From a virus: DNA of 64,000 bases. Both the position numbers and the translations under genes were made by a program. Positions 56,183-64,000 of this stretch are shown here, piece by piece (position 1 is the first letter of the stretch; each line of letters opens with the position of its first letter). The DNA lies in IMG/VR virus record IMGVR_UViG_3300044729_003129, positions 96,001 to 160,000 of that record; one strand, given 5' to 3'. The notes under the pieces were generated by a model, which was not told the origin of the DNA, ran no database searches, and saw nothing but the letters and a program-made list of their open reading frames with translations.

Positions 56183-56818
56183 TTATTCTGGCAAATCTGG
56201 TAATAGCTCACCAGTGTTATTATCAACTTGTTCAGAGTCATCGAGGCCCGGTATGGGATCGTTGGTTCCGGAGACGCCGCTGCTTCGAGTCGAAGATGTA
56301 TTTTCGTCTGTTGATTCTGAAAGAACTTTATTTACAAAATTATTTACCTCTGCTGAAGAATTTGTACTACTCTGTGCTTGTGGCGAACTCTCTCCATCAA
56401 GTGCAGATGTATTTGCTTGATTTGCTACCGGAGAATTTTCAACAAGTTGTGAAGTGTTTGTTGCCCCAGAATAGGCAATGCCGACAGAAGAACTGCTTGC
56501 ATCTCGTGGTATATCGGCACCATTTACCGAAGCGACTCCTGGTATACTTGCAAGTATTACTGGATCTTGTTGATCTGCATCTCTAAAAAAACCAAAAACC
56601 CAACTACCAACCATAAGTCCAGTTGCTCCGGTACCAATTGAGGTATTTGACGCGCTCGTAATTGGTAGTAGCGGAGTAGCCCATGGCAAGTTTTCACTTG
56701 GTATACTATTGACATCATCAAGTTCATGATATTCATAGATACGTACCTGTACTCGACCTGCATTTAGCGGGTCTGCAATATTTTCTACAATTCCTGTAAA
56801 CCAATGTTCAATTTTCAT
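56183..56818 (-). CDS. gp5: gp5 N-terminal OB-fold part as a separate gene
   Basis: From ATG 56818: WFTGIVENIADPLNAGRVQVRI..H..LPWA..GSWVFGFFRD..QDPVILASIPG, then a low-complexity acidic tail and stop. Confidence 0.9.
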   Translation of the reverse strand: MKIEHWFTGIVENIADPLNAGRVQVRIYEYHELDDVNSIPSENLPWATPLLPITSASNTSIGTGATGLMVGSWVFGFFRDADQQDPVILASIPGVASVNGADIPRDASSSSVGIAYSGATNTSQLVENSPVANQANTSALDGESSPQAQSSTNSSAEVNNFVNKVLSESTDENTSSTRSSGVSGTNDPIPGLDDSEQVDNNTGELLPDLPE

Positions 56819-56822
56819 TTTA

Positions 56823-58313
56823 TTATGGTAATATATTTCCTGTTTGACCCGGCAATGGGACAGTATTATTTGGATTTGGATTAATATTTGGTGTAACTGC
56901 AACTTCAGATGTAGATGTATTTGAAGGTATGTATATGCCATCGGCGCCACTTAAAGCCTCAACTCCTCCAAGACGAACTAATTTTAATTTATTTGTATAG
57001 ATACCATTTGAAAAAACATGAGCGACAACAGTAATCATAAATGTGCCTGACACCACAGGATCTTCTACATATTCAGTTCTATCTCGTAAAGCCTTTGGTA
57101 CTTCCAAATCTATTTTTACACCTGGGTTTAGTGCGCTGTCCCCATACACTACAATTTCATGATTAATTTCGTTTAATCGCGCAATAAATGCATTTGCTAT
57201 TGATATGTTAGGATATAGCGCATTAGTAACTGAATTACCTTTGCCATCTGGATTTATTGCAGTATTAATATGAACACTTGCAGTATTTGCAGAAGGAATA
57301 TTATGCATCGTTGCATCTTCGACAATGGCGCCTTCTCTATTTTTTATTTTATATTTTTGAGGTGTCCAATCTTTAGTTGCTTTACTTTTAAAATCTAAAG
57401 TGTAGTATGACTTTGCAGTGTAGTCAGTTACGTTTAATCGACTAGCGTATGCTCCAGCATTGGCAGAAGCAAGTCTATCAAATTTTATATTTGATGACAT
57501 ACTAAGTATGCGAGACCGTTCTTCCTTTGTGTGTTCTGCAGTACCTGGTGTTTTTTCTGATTGTTGACGATATCTAAATGAATTTTTAGGTTTTTTATAC
57601 AAAACTGGTGCATTATTTAAACTTTTCCAAGAAGACAGGTATACTTTGCCTTGCTGCGTTACGTCACTATAAAGAAAAAATGGAGAGCCGTCTTCTTCAA
57701 AACAGCGTGAACGTAACCATTCTGCTGCTTTTAATGGTCGTTGAATGTTTATAATACCTTCAAATTTGGTTGAGACGTCTCCGTCAACTGCAAACTCCTT
57801 TAGACTCAAATCATCTATAAAAATAGTTTCAATATTTTGAGCAACTGTTTTTTCCTTATCAACTGGTCGGCAAATATTCATTAGACTACTACGATACGCA
57901 AATTCTGAAATTGCGACGAGTGAGTATATTTGAGTATTTGGAAAATCAAGGGTTTTTGTATAATTTACATACTCTTTTACATAAAATGTTTGTTTTATTG
58001 CCTTTCCAATATTTACAGGATCTATTTCAACTTCAATAATTTCTTGACCACATATATCAAATGTATCAATGAAATTTTCATTATCTCGTATAGTTGCTGT
58101 AAATGTAACTACCGGTGAAAATAATTCAGTCGTTATAGTAAATGAATCAACTAGGTTAAGGGCTTTTAAATCTTTAGTTATGCCCTTTGAATTTATCATG
58201 TCCATTTTGACAACTTTAAAGGCGCCAGGTGTCTTTACGCCAGAATTATCTCCAGCATAGCCAGTCTTTGGTGTATTGATCGCCGGATTGTTTGCATTAG
58301 ACGTAGTTGCCAT
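56823..58313 (-). CDS. Baseplate hub protein (gp27-like)
   Basis: Between gp53 and gp5; ICGQEIIE, PFFLY and VYGDSALNPG..I...SGTFMITVVAH.F; ATG 58313 preferred. Confidence 0.65.
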   Translation of the reverse strand: MATTSNANNPAINTPKTGYAGDNSGVKTPGAFKVVKMDMINSKGITKDLKALNLVDSFTITTELFSPVVTFTATIRDNENFIDTFDICGQEIIEVEIDPVNIGKAIKQTFYVKEYVNYTKTLDFPNTQIYSLVAISEFAYRSSLMNICRPVDKEKTVAQNIETIFIDDLSLKEFAVDGDVSTKFEGIINIQRPLKAAEWLRSRCFEEDGSPFFLYSDVTQQGKVYLSSWKSLNNAPVLYKKPKNSFRYRQQSEKTPGTAEHTKEERSRILSMSSNIKFDRLASANAGAYASRLNVTDYTAKSYYTLDFKSKATKDWTPQKYKIKNREGAIVEDATMHNIPSANTASVHINTAINPDGKGNSVTNALYPNISIANAFIARLNEINHEIVVYGDSALNPGVKIDLEVPKALRDRTEYVEDPVVSGTFMITVVAHVFSNGIYTNKLKLVRLGGVEALSGADGIYIPSNTSTSEVAVTPNINPNPNNTVPLPGQTGNILP

Positions 58314-58315
58314 AA

Positions 58316-59305
58316 TCAAAGAGTATCATTTAAAACATTAAAATATTCGTCTGCAAAATCAGAGATAAAATCTGGGCGTATGACTTGTATAACTCGTTTA
58401 CTTTCGTTTATTTCATTTTCATACTCATAAAATGATTTGTATTTTGGAATAACTACATTCTCGTCAGTTAAAATATCATATGCAGAACGTATGACGCCAA
58501 TTGGATCAACATATTCATATGCAGCATTGACATAGTTGCTCCATCGGTATTCTATTGATGCAACTTTTAATGTTTTATTAGAAACATATTGTTCTGGGGG
58601 TGTATTTGCTTCAATATGTTCGGCATATCCAACTGGATCATATTTTAAAATTTGTGTATAAACTAAATTTATCCATTCTGTCTTTAATTCAGCTGGCATT
58701 GTGTCATCACACGCAATTGTATAACTAAGATTGCTATTTTCTATAAATGCTTCTCTAGATATTTCTATTCTTGTGCCAGTGATATTAACTTTATGACAAT
58801 CATATACGACTAATTGTTGGCGACCGCTGTCATACTGCGCTATGCTTGAACGATACTCACGATCTTGAGAAACAAATTTTAAGTATGGCAAATATTTTTC
58901 ATCAAGCGGTATGCATGACATGTCTAGTTTACCTCGGCCATTTAGATCAACTGCTGGATCAACAACAGGGACAATTGATAGTGCAGAATATTTACCATAT
59001 TCACTCTCAATCATCTTTGTAAAATTTCTATAAGATAGCGGCCAAGATGACGCGTAACCGTCACGTAAAAAATTATTTATTATAAAAAATGTCCAATAAT
59101 ATTGTACATCATCATATAATTTATGTGATACTATATCGGGTCTTTCTCCGTCTTCTATTTCATAGTATGTGTAGAGCGCATTATCGTCCTGTATCTTATT
59201 TGTGTTTAATACTACAGAACGAGAGATATCAGTTAATTCAAATATAGACCCATCAGAAACCAGGTCATAATTTACTTTTGGATATTTTGCAAAAAAGTTT
59301 GGCAT
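58316..59305 (-). CDS. gp53: Baseplate wedge subunit
   Basis: FFAKYPKVNYD, IEDGERPDIVSHKLYDDVQYYWTF..N, WPLS and YEYENEINESKR.I. Confidence 0.93.
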   Translation of the reverse strand: MPNFFAKYPKVNYDLVSDGSIFELTDISRSVVLNTNKIQDDNALYTYYEIEDGERPDIVSHKLYDDVQYYWTFFIINNFLRDGYASSWPLSYRNFTKMIESEYGKYSALSIVPVVDPAVDLNGRGKLDMSCIPLDEKYLPYLKFVSQDREYRSSIAQYDSGRQQLVVYDCHKVNITGTRIEISREAFIENSNLSYTIACDDTMPAELKTEWINLVYTQILKYDPVGYAEHIEANTPPEQYVSNKTLKVASIEYRWSNYVNAAYEYVDPIGVIRSAYDILTDENVVIPKYKSFYEYENEINESKRVIQVIRPDFISDFADEYFNVLNDTL

Positions 59306-59308
59306 ATA

Positions 59309-60034
59309 TTATTTAGGTATTGTGTCGTATGTATACGCCTTTGTTTCCATAAAGGACACTTGTATAGTTGTTTCAAGTGGCGAACCGTCATCTCTCCACA
59401 TATTTGTAGATCCATTGTATGTAGTATTTACTTCAGTTAAATATGTCTCTCCAATCTTTGGTAAATGGCTGTTTTGTGGAAATCTTATTTTCCATTTTGG
59501 GGGATATTTTAATTGAAAACCAATTGATTCTGGATATAATCCTTCTCTAAAGGTCTTTACTATATTTTTTATTTTAGTACTTTCACTAGATGTTCGTGGT
59601 ATGAGTTGAAACTGAAATGAAAATACGCGTGTATTTGTAGATGTAAATTCAGTTGTTATATTTTTATTTACCGTTGTTCCAGTGCCTATACTTATTGCGC
59701 TTTGAAGACCTTCATTTGCTCCAGTCATTGTAGTTATCCCTTGTACTAAAGTACCTATCGATGCTCCACTATATTCAGATTTTTTATTTAAAAATTCATT
59801 AGCCAGTGCAGTTTTTACTGATTCACCACTAAGGCCCTGAGTAGATACTGTTGATGCAATATTAGCTAAACTACCCCCTAAAAATCCGAGCTCAGTATTG
59901 TTGTATGTAGCACCATCACTAAACTGTAGCGATCCTGGAATCGGCAGTGCTATAACTTGGCTGTTTCGTGCGGTGCACTGAAAAAACACGTATGGACGAC
60001 TTGTGTTTGCGTCTTCTGGAAAATTAAGTGCCAT
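59309..60034 (-). CDS. gp48: Baseplate tail-tube cap
   Basis: IALPIP, RVFSFQFQLIPR...ES..I..IV..FR, YP..W and LTEVNTTY..DGSP..LETTIQVSFME; start ATG 60034 is 5 nt from TATAAATA. Confidence 0.8.
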   Translation of the reverse strand: MALNFPEDANTSRPYVFFQCTARNSQVIALPIPGSLQFSDGATYNNTELGFLGGSLANIASTVSTQGLSGESVKTALANEFLNKKSEYSGASIGTLVQGITTMTGANEGLQSAISIGTGTTVNKNITTEFTSTNTRVFSFQFQLIPRTSSESTKIKNIVKTFREGLYPESIGFQLKYPPKWKIRFPQNSHLPKIGETYLTEVNTTYNGSTNMWRDDGSPLETTIQVSFMETKAYTYDTIPK

Positions 60035-60047
60035 ATAAGTATTTATA
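60034..60047. promoter_or_regulatory. 14-bp bidirectional late promoter
   Basis: TATAAGTATTTATA contains plus-strand TATAAGTA (60034-60041) and minus-strand TATAAATA (60047-60040); each box is exactly 5 nt from an ATG (60047 plus, 60034 minus). Confidence 0.75.
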
Positions 60048-60502
60048 TGAAACGTGGGCAGTATTATAGTGGTAAGTATCGGCCAATACATCCAGGAAAA
60101 TATGACGGTGACTATACTGCAATATGTTACCGATCACTTTGGGAACGTCAAGTATTTAAATGGTGTGATGAGAATGCTAACGTTGTGAAATGGAGCAGTG
60201 AAGAAACAATTGTGCCCTATCGATGTAAAACTGATAATAAATTACACCGGTATTTTGTAGACTTAAAAATACAATTTAAGTCTGGTCAAACATATCTCAT
60301 TGAGATAAAGCCAAAGAAACAAACTCAAGAACCAAAGGTGCGTACCCGAAAAACGAAAGCATATATTACTGAAGTGCTTACATATGTAAAAAATCAATCC
60401 AAATGGTCAGCTGCAAACGAGTATTGTGCAGATCGTGGTTGGATTTTTGCCATCTGGACAGAAGATACCATAAAGGGACTTGGTATAAAATTATTGACAT
60501 AA
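60047..60502 (+). CDS. gp4: Head completion nuclease
   Basis: YSGKYRP.HP.KY.GD, YRSLWE, WSSEE, HRYFVD, EIKPKKQT and NQSKW.AA; true start ATG 60047. Confidence 0.95.
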   Translation: MKRGQYYSGKYRPIHPGKYDGDYTAICYRSLWERQVFKWCDENANVVKWSSEETIVPYRCKTDNKLHRYFVDLKIQFKSGQTYLIEIKPKKQTQEPKVRTRKTKAYITEVLTYVKNQSKWSAANEYCADRGWIFAIWTEDTIKGLGIKLLT

Positions 60503-60510
60503 ATCTACAT

Positions 60511-60518
60511 TATAAATA
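60511..60518 (+). promoter_or_regulatory. Late promoter TATAAATA (gp2)
   Basis: 5 nt from ATG 60524. Confidence 0.8.
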
Positions 60519-60523
60519 GATAT

Positions 60524-61108
60524 ATGCCGTCTCTTTTTTCTAAAATTCAGTCTGATGCAGAAAAAACTGGATTCTTGCCTCGTACAAAAGAATCCAGAGA
60601 ATGGTTTTATCGTAAAATACGTACACTTACAAATGTATCTCCATCGAAAGTATTAAACGACGACTCATTGACAGTAAGAAATAAACCTCTTATTGGTCGT
60701 ATGTTTATGTTTTTATATGATCCAAAATACAAAGAGACGCTGCCGTATTATGATAGATTTCCACTTATACTCATGGTAGGCCCAGCAAAAAAAGGATTCT
60801 ATGGATTGAATCTACACTATCTTCCACCTCGTCAACGCGCAATATTTTTTGATCGCTTGATGGATTATATGAACAACAATAAATTAGATGAAACTACACG
60901 GTTTAAACTATCATATGATTTACTAAATGGCACATCAAAATTGCGTGCATACGCTCCATGTTTTAAACACTATTTGTATGCACACATCACTTCTAAAACT
61001 GTTGAGGTGCTTCCAAAGGAATGGGAAACTGCACTTTTTCTACCAACTGATTCTTTCGTTGGTCAAAAGAATGCCTCAATCTGGCAAAAAACACGCACAC
61101 TAATCTAA
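60524..61108 (+). CDS. gp2: DNA end protector protein
   Basis: GRMFMFLYDPKYKETLPYYDRFPL, GLNLHYLP and CFKHYL. Confidence 0.95.
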   Translation: MPSLFSKIQSDAEKTGFLPRTKESREWFYRKIRTLTNVSPSKVLNDDSLTVRNKPLIGRMFMFLYDPKYKETLPYYDRFPLILMVGPAKKGFYGLNLHYLPPRQRAIFFDRLMDYMNNNKLDETTRFKLSYDLLNGTSKLRAYAPCFKHYLYAHITSKTVEVLPKEWETALFLPTDSFVGQKNASIWQKTRTLI

Positions 61109-61111
61109 ACT

Positions 61112-61639
61112 ATGTCATCTTCAATAAATGATTTTAAATCCGCAATAATGCGAAATGGGGGCTTAGCGCGTCCAAATAGATTTTCAGTAACATTTGCTAG
61201 TTTACCGGGTTCATCATCTGTATCAAGGGATATTTCATTTTTATGTGAGTCTGTTAATATACCTGGAAAACAAATTACAACATTAGACTATGATATAGGC
61301 ACTCGTCGTCCATTAAAAATACCAACTGGTTATATTGAAGATGATGTAACAATGACATTTATTTCAACTAATAATAACGCCATTAAAAAGGCGATAGATG
61401 AATGGATGAAAAAAATAATAAACATTGATTCCTATCTACTCGCTAAAGATCACCAAACTTACAAGACTGATATTACTATTACGCAGCTAAACGAAAATGA
61501 CAAAGAAATTCAAAATGTTAAATTGCAAAACGCATATCCAATAACTTTGAATTCTATTGAACTAGATAATAATGCTGAATCAACAATACAAAAAATATCT
61601 GTAGTATTTACGTATGATAAATTAGATATTAAGAAATAA
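61112..61639 (+). CDS. gp54: Tail-tube-like baseplate tube initiator (gp54-like)
   Basis: GGLARPNRF, LCESVNIPG and NAYP..L..IEL; a gp19 paralog. Confidence 0.7.
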   Translation: MSSSINDFKSAIMRNGGLARPNRFSVTFASLPGSSSVSRDISFLCESVNIPGKQITTLDYDIGTRRPLKIPTGYIEDDVTMTFISTNNNAIKKAIDEWMKKIINIDSYLLAKDHQTYKTDITITQLNENDKEIQNVKLQNAYPITLNSIELDNNAESTIQKISVVFTYDKLDIKK

Positions 61640-61663
61640 TTAAACAATAAATAACATTATATT

Positions 61664-62374
61664 ATGCCATTACCAATCCTAGAATCCCCAAAATATGTAT
61701 TGACTGTACCATCTACATCACAGTCAATTGAATATCGTCCTTTTCTTGTAAAGGAAGAAAAAATATTGCTGCTCGCACAGGAGTCAAACAGCTCATCAGA
61801 AATGATGTCCGCGATTAAAGACATTATACGAGCCTGTACATTCGGTGTCGTTGACCCAAACGATTTGACTTCGTTTGACTTAGAGTATATTTTCTTAAAG
61901 TTACGAGCAAAGAGCGTAGGTGAAGTTAGCAATATCAAATGTAAGTGCGATCATTGTGAAACTTACAACGAGGTGTCTGTTAATATTGATGATATTGAAG
62001 TAACGTGGCCAGTTAAAGAAATTAGCAACAAAATTATGTTAACTGATAAAATTGGTGTGGTTCTAAGACATATACGTGTAAATGATATGTCAACGATTAT
62101 AAGCACATCTGAAGTTGATATGGACACAATAACAAATATGCTTATTGCTTCAATTGATTCAATCTTTGATGACAGTGGAGTGTATCCCTCAGCACAGTCG
62201 TCTCGCGAAGAGTTGCTAACATTTGTTAACAGCTTAAGCCGAGCTCAACTTAATAAAATTGAAGAGTATATATCAAACTCTCCTAAACTACAACATAGTG
62301 TAAAATTTAATTGTACTGGTTGTAAGACTGACAATGATATTACACTTGTAGGCACACAAGCTTTTTTCGAATAG
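61664..62374 (+). CDS. gp26: Baseplate hub assembly chaperone
   Basis: MPLP....PKY.LTVPS..IEYRPFLVKEEKILL, FDLEYIFLKLRAKSVGE, two CxxC pairs; ends GTQAFFE. Confidence 0.93.
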   Translation: MPLPILESPKYVLTVPSTSQSIEYRPFLVKEEKILLLAQESNSSSEMMSAIKDIIRACTFGVVDPNDLTSFDLEYIFLKLRAKSVGEVSNIKCKCDHCETYNEVSVNIDDIEVTWPVKEISNKIMLTDKIGVVLRHIRVNDMSTIISTSEVDMDTITNMLIASIDSIFDDSGVYPSAQSSREELLTFVNSLSRAQLNKIEEYISNSPKLQHSVKFNCTGCKTDNDITLVGTQAFFE

Positions 62375-62544
62375 CCCTCTCGCATGAATCGTTGTCTAAC
62401 TATTATCAAACAAATTTTGCATTAATGCAGCATCACAAATATAGTTTAACTGAATTAGATACAATGATACCATGGGAGAGGGAAATTTATATTGCAATGC
62501 TAATAAAACACATAAGAGAAGAAGAAGAAAAACGTAAAAAATGA
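62362..62544 (+). CDS. gp51: gp51-like hub assembly protein in the -1 frame of gp26, probably reached by frameshift; not in ORF track
   Basis: FFRIALSHESLSNYYQTNFALMQHHKYSLTELDTMIPWEREIYIAMLIKHIREEEEKRKK; the first in-frame ATG (62425) lies inside the conserved motif. Confidence 0.8.
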   Translation, partial: FFRIALSHESLSNYYQTNFALMQHHKYSLTELDTMIPWEREIYIAMLIKHIREEEEKRKK

Positions 62545-64000
62545 CCGCAGAATCGTCACTAGCCCAGGTTGTAAAAGAATTACAAAGTTCTAATTTGTCT
62601 CAAGATCTTATTCTTGATACAATCGATAACTATGATTTTACACTTGCATCAAATGTTGCTAAAGAAAATACGACAGATGTTCCTACTTTTTTAGATAAAT
62701 TAGTAGGCATAGCAGGCGATTTAAAAGGCAAATTTGATGTATTAATACGATCTAATGTAGTGTTAGCAAAGCGATTAGAAGGCAACAAATTACAAGAGCG
62801 TGAAAATCGTGATGAATTGCTTGACGCACTTGGAAAGTTAAAACCAGAAAAGACTAAGAGTGGTGTTAAAACAACTAAATTTGAAATGCCAGGCGGAATA
62901 TTTGGGGGATTGCTGTCTGTGGCTGCATTAATGGGTGGATTTGTAACAGGATTTATATCTCAGCTCACGTCTCCAATATTTGCTGCACTAAAAAATGCAA
63001 AACTATTTCAAAAAATATCTAGTGTTTTTTCTACAGTTAGCAAATTTTTTACTGGCATTGTATTAAGTTTAAAAAATTCTCCTTTATTTAAAGGAACATT
63101 TACTGTAATAGAAAAGATTGGCGGTCTCTTAAATAAATTTAAATCAAGTAAAATTTTTATGCTACTTGGTAAAATCTTTTCAATATTTGGAAATTCACCA
63201 GTATTAAAGACTATAACAGCTACATCTGGAATAATAGGAAGCGCCTTTTCTGCTCTTACGGATATATTTGGCGGGATGTTTAGGTTTTTTAAGATTGGTT
63301 TGACGCTTGGAAGCAAATTTGCTGGTTTATTTAAATTTTTAGGCGGTCCATTTACTTTAGCACTCACTGGAATAATAAGTGGTATTATGGGTGCAATTGA
63401 CGGCTTTAAGAAAGATGGATTAATCGGTGGATTAAAGGGGTTTTTAGTTGGTGCATTTGATGGATTAATCGGAGGTCTGCTAGATCTTGTAAAAGATGGA
63501 ATATCTTGGGTATCTGAAAAACTTGGATTTTCAGAATTTTCTAAATTTTTAGATAGTTTTTCCTTTACTGGTTTATATTCAAAGTATATAATTGATCCAC
63601 TGTTTGGAATGTATGCTGAAATTGGTAAATTTATAGGTGAAATACCTATGATGGTTACTGATTTCTTTACATCACTACCTGATAAAATTAGTGTATTTTT
63701 TACTTCGGCAATGGATTCATTAACAACTATTTCAGATGATATGAGTGAAGTTGTAAATAATTTTAATAAGGCTGTATTACGAGCAGTATTACCAGATCCA
63801 AAGGCAAAAGGAGGAATGTCTTATTATTTAAAATTAGCAATACCAGATTCTTTATATGAGTATGCATACAGCAGTTCTCCAAAAGAAAAAGAATCAACTA
63901 ATTCTACATCAGAAAAATTAGCAACCGCTGCAACGTCTTCTGAAAAAATATTAAAGGCTACATCTACAAATAATTTTACCGAACTAAGCAAAACTGAAAA
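62541..64000 (+). CDS. Tape-measure-like protein (gp29-like), 5' part, runs off window end
   Basis: ATGA overlap with the gp51 stop; MTAESSLAQVVKELQ...RLEGNKLQERENRDELL coiled coil, then Gly/Phe/Lys-rich amphipathic helices; follows gp26/gp51. Confidence 0.7.
   Translation, partial: MTAESSLAQVVKELQSSNLSQDLILDTIDNYDFTLASNVAKENTTDVPTFLDKLVGIAGDLKGKFDVLIRSNVVLAKRLEGNKLQERENRDELLDALGKLKPEKTKSGVKTTKFEMPGGIFGGLLSVAALMGGFVTGFISQLTSPIFAALKNAKLFQKISSVFSTVSKFFTGIVLSLKNSPLFKGTFTVIEKIGGLLNKFKSSKIFMLLGKIFSIFGNSPVLKTITATSGIIGSAFSALTDIFGGMFRFFKIGLTLGSKFAGLFKFLGGPFTLALTGIISGIMGAIDGFKKDGLIGGLKGFLVGAFDGLIGGLLDLVKDGISWVSEKLGFSEFSKFLDSFSFTGLYSKYIIDPLFGMYAEIGKFIGEIPMMVTDFFTSLPDKISVFFTSAMDSLTTISDDMSEVVNNFNKAVLRAVLPDPKAKGGMSYYLKLAIPDSLYEYAYSSSPKEKESTNSTSEKLATAATSSEKILKATSTNNFTELSKTE

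Noticed and set aside
56819-56950. Longer N-termini offered by the ORF track (56950, also 52001, 60091 and 59957)
   Set aside because: The extensions overlap neighbouring genes or promoter boxes; downstream ATGs match family N-termini and late-box spacing.
62372-62430. TAG readthrough or stop-codon recoding of gp26
   Set aside because: The zero frame gives a short unrecognisable peptide, the gp51 motif is in the -1 frame, and all core genes are intact under the standard code.
1-64000. tRNA, rRNA or strong intrinsic terminators
   Set aside because: The window is almost fully coding; I saw no cloverleaf or GC-rich hairpin plus U-tract in the short gaps. tRNAscan-SE and a terminator search would be needed to confirm.

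Overview
The window is the virion morphogenesis region of a large, AT-rich T4-like myovirus, read with the standard genetic code. The minus strand runs from the baseplate genes (gp48, gp53, a gp27-like hub, a gp5 split into three genes, gp25, gp6, gp7) through about 35 kb of fibre and adhesin genes (with gp8 and a DUF4815/VrlC-like protein), a glf plus glycosyltransferase-like operon and a holin-like pair. It then continues through gp13-gp22 (with a free-standing HNH endonuclease) to the 5' part of gp23. The plus strand carries gp4, gp2, a gp54-like gene, gp26, gp51 and the start of a tape-measure-like gene. Main findings: (1) a probable programmed -1 frameshift (T TTT TTC) fusing gp26 to gp51 just upstream of the tape measure, as in lambda G/GT; (2) at least five anchor-plus-adhesin cassettes displaying domains typical of bacterial surface proteins (PATR passenger, FGE-sulfatase, BspA/DUF285, LamG), including an RcGTA-type head-spike pair; (3) a tripartite gp5 with a CHAP-like/M15 peptidase in place of lysozyme and an HxH tip; (4) systematic near-leaderless late transcription with no Shine-Dalgarno sites seen; (5) a sigma70-type promoter driving the galactofuranose operon inside the late region. 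All family assignments come from motif recognition by eye; no database searches were run.
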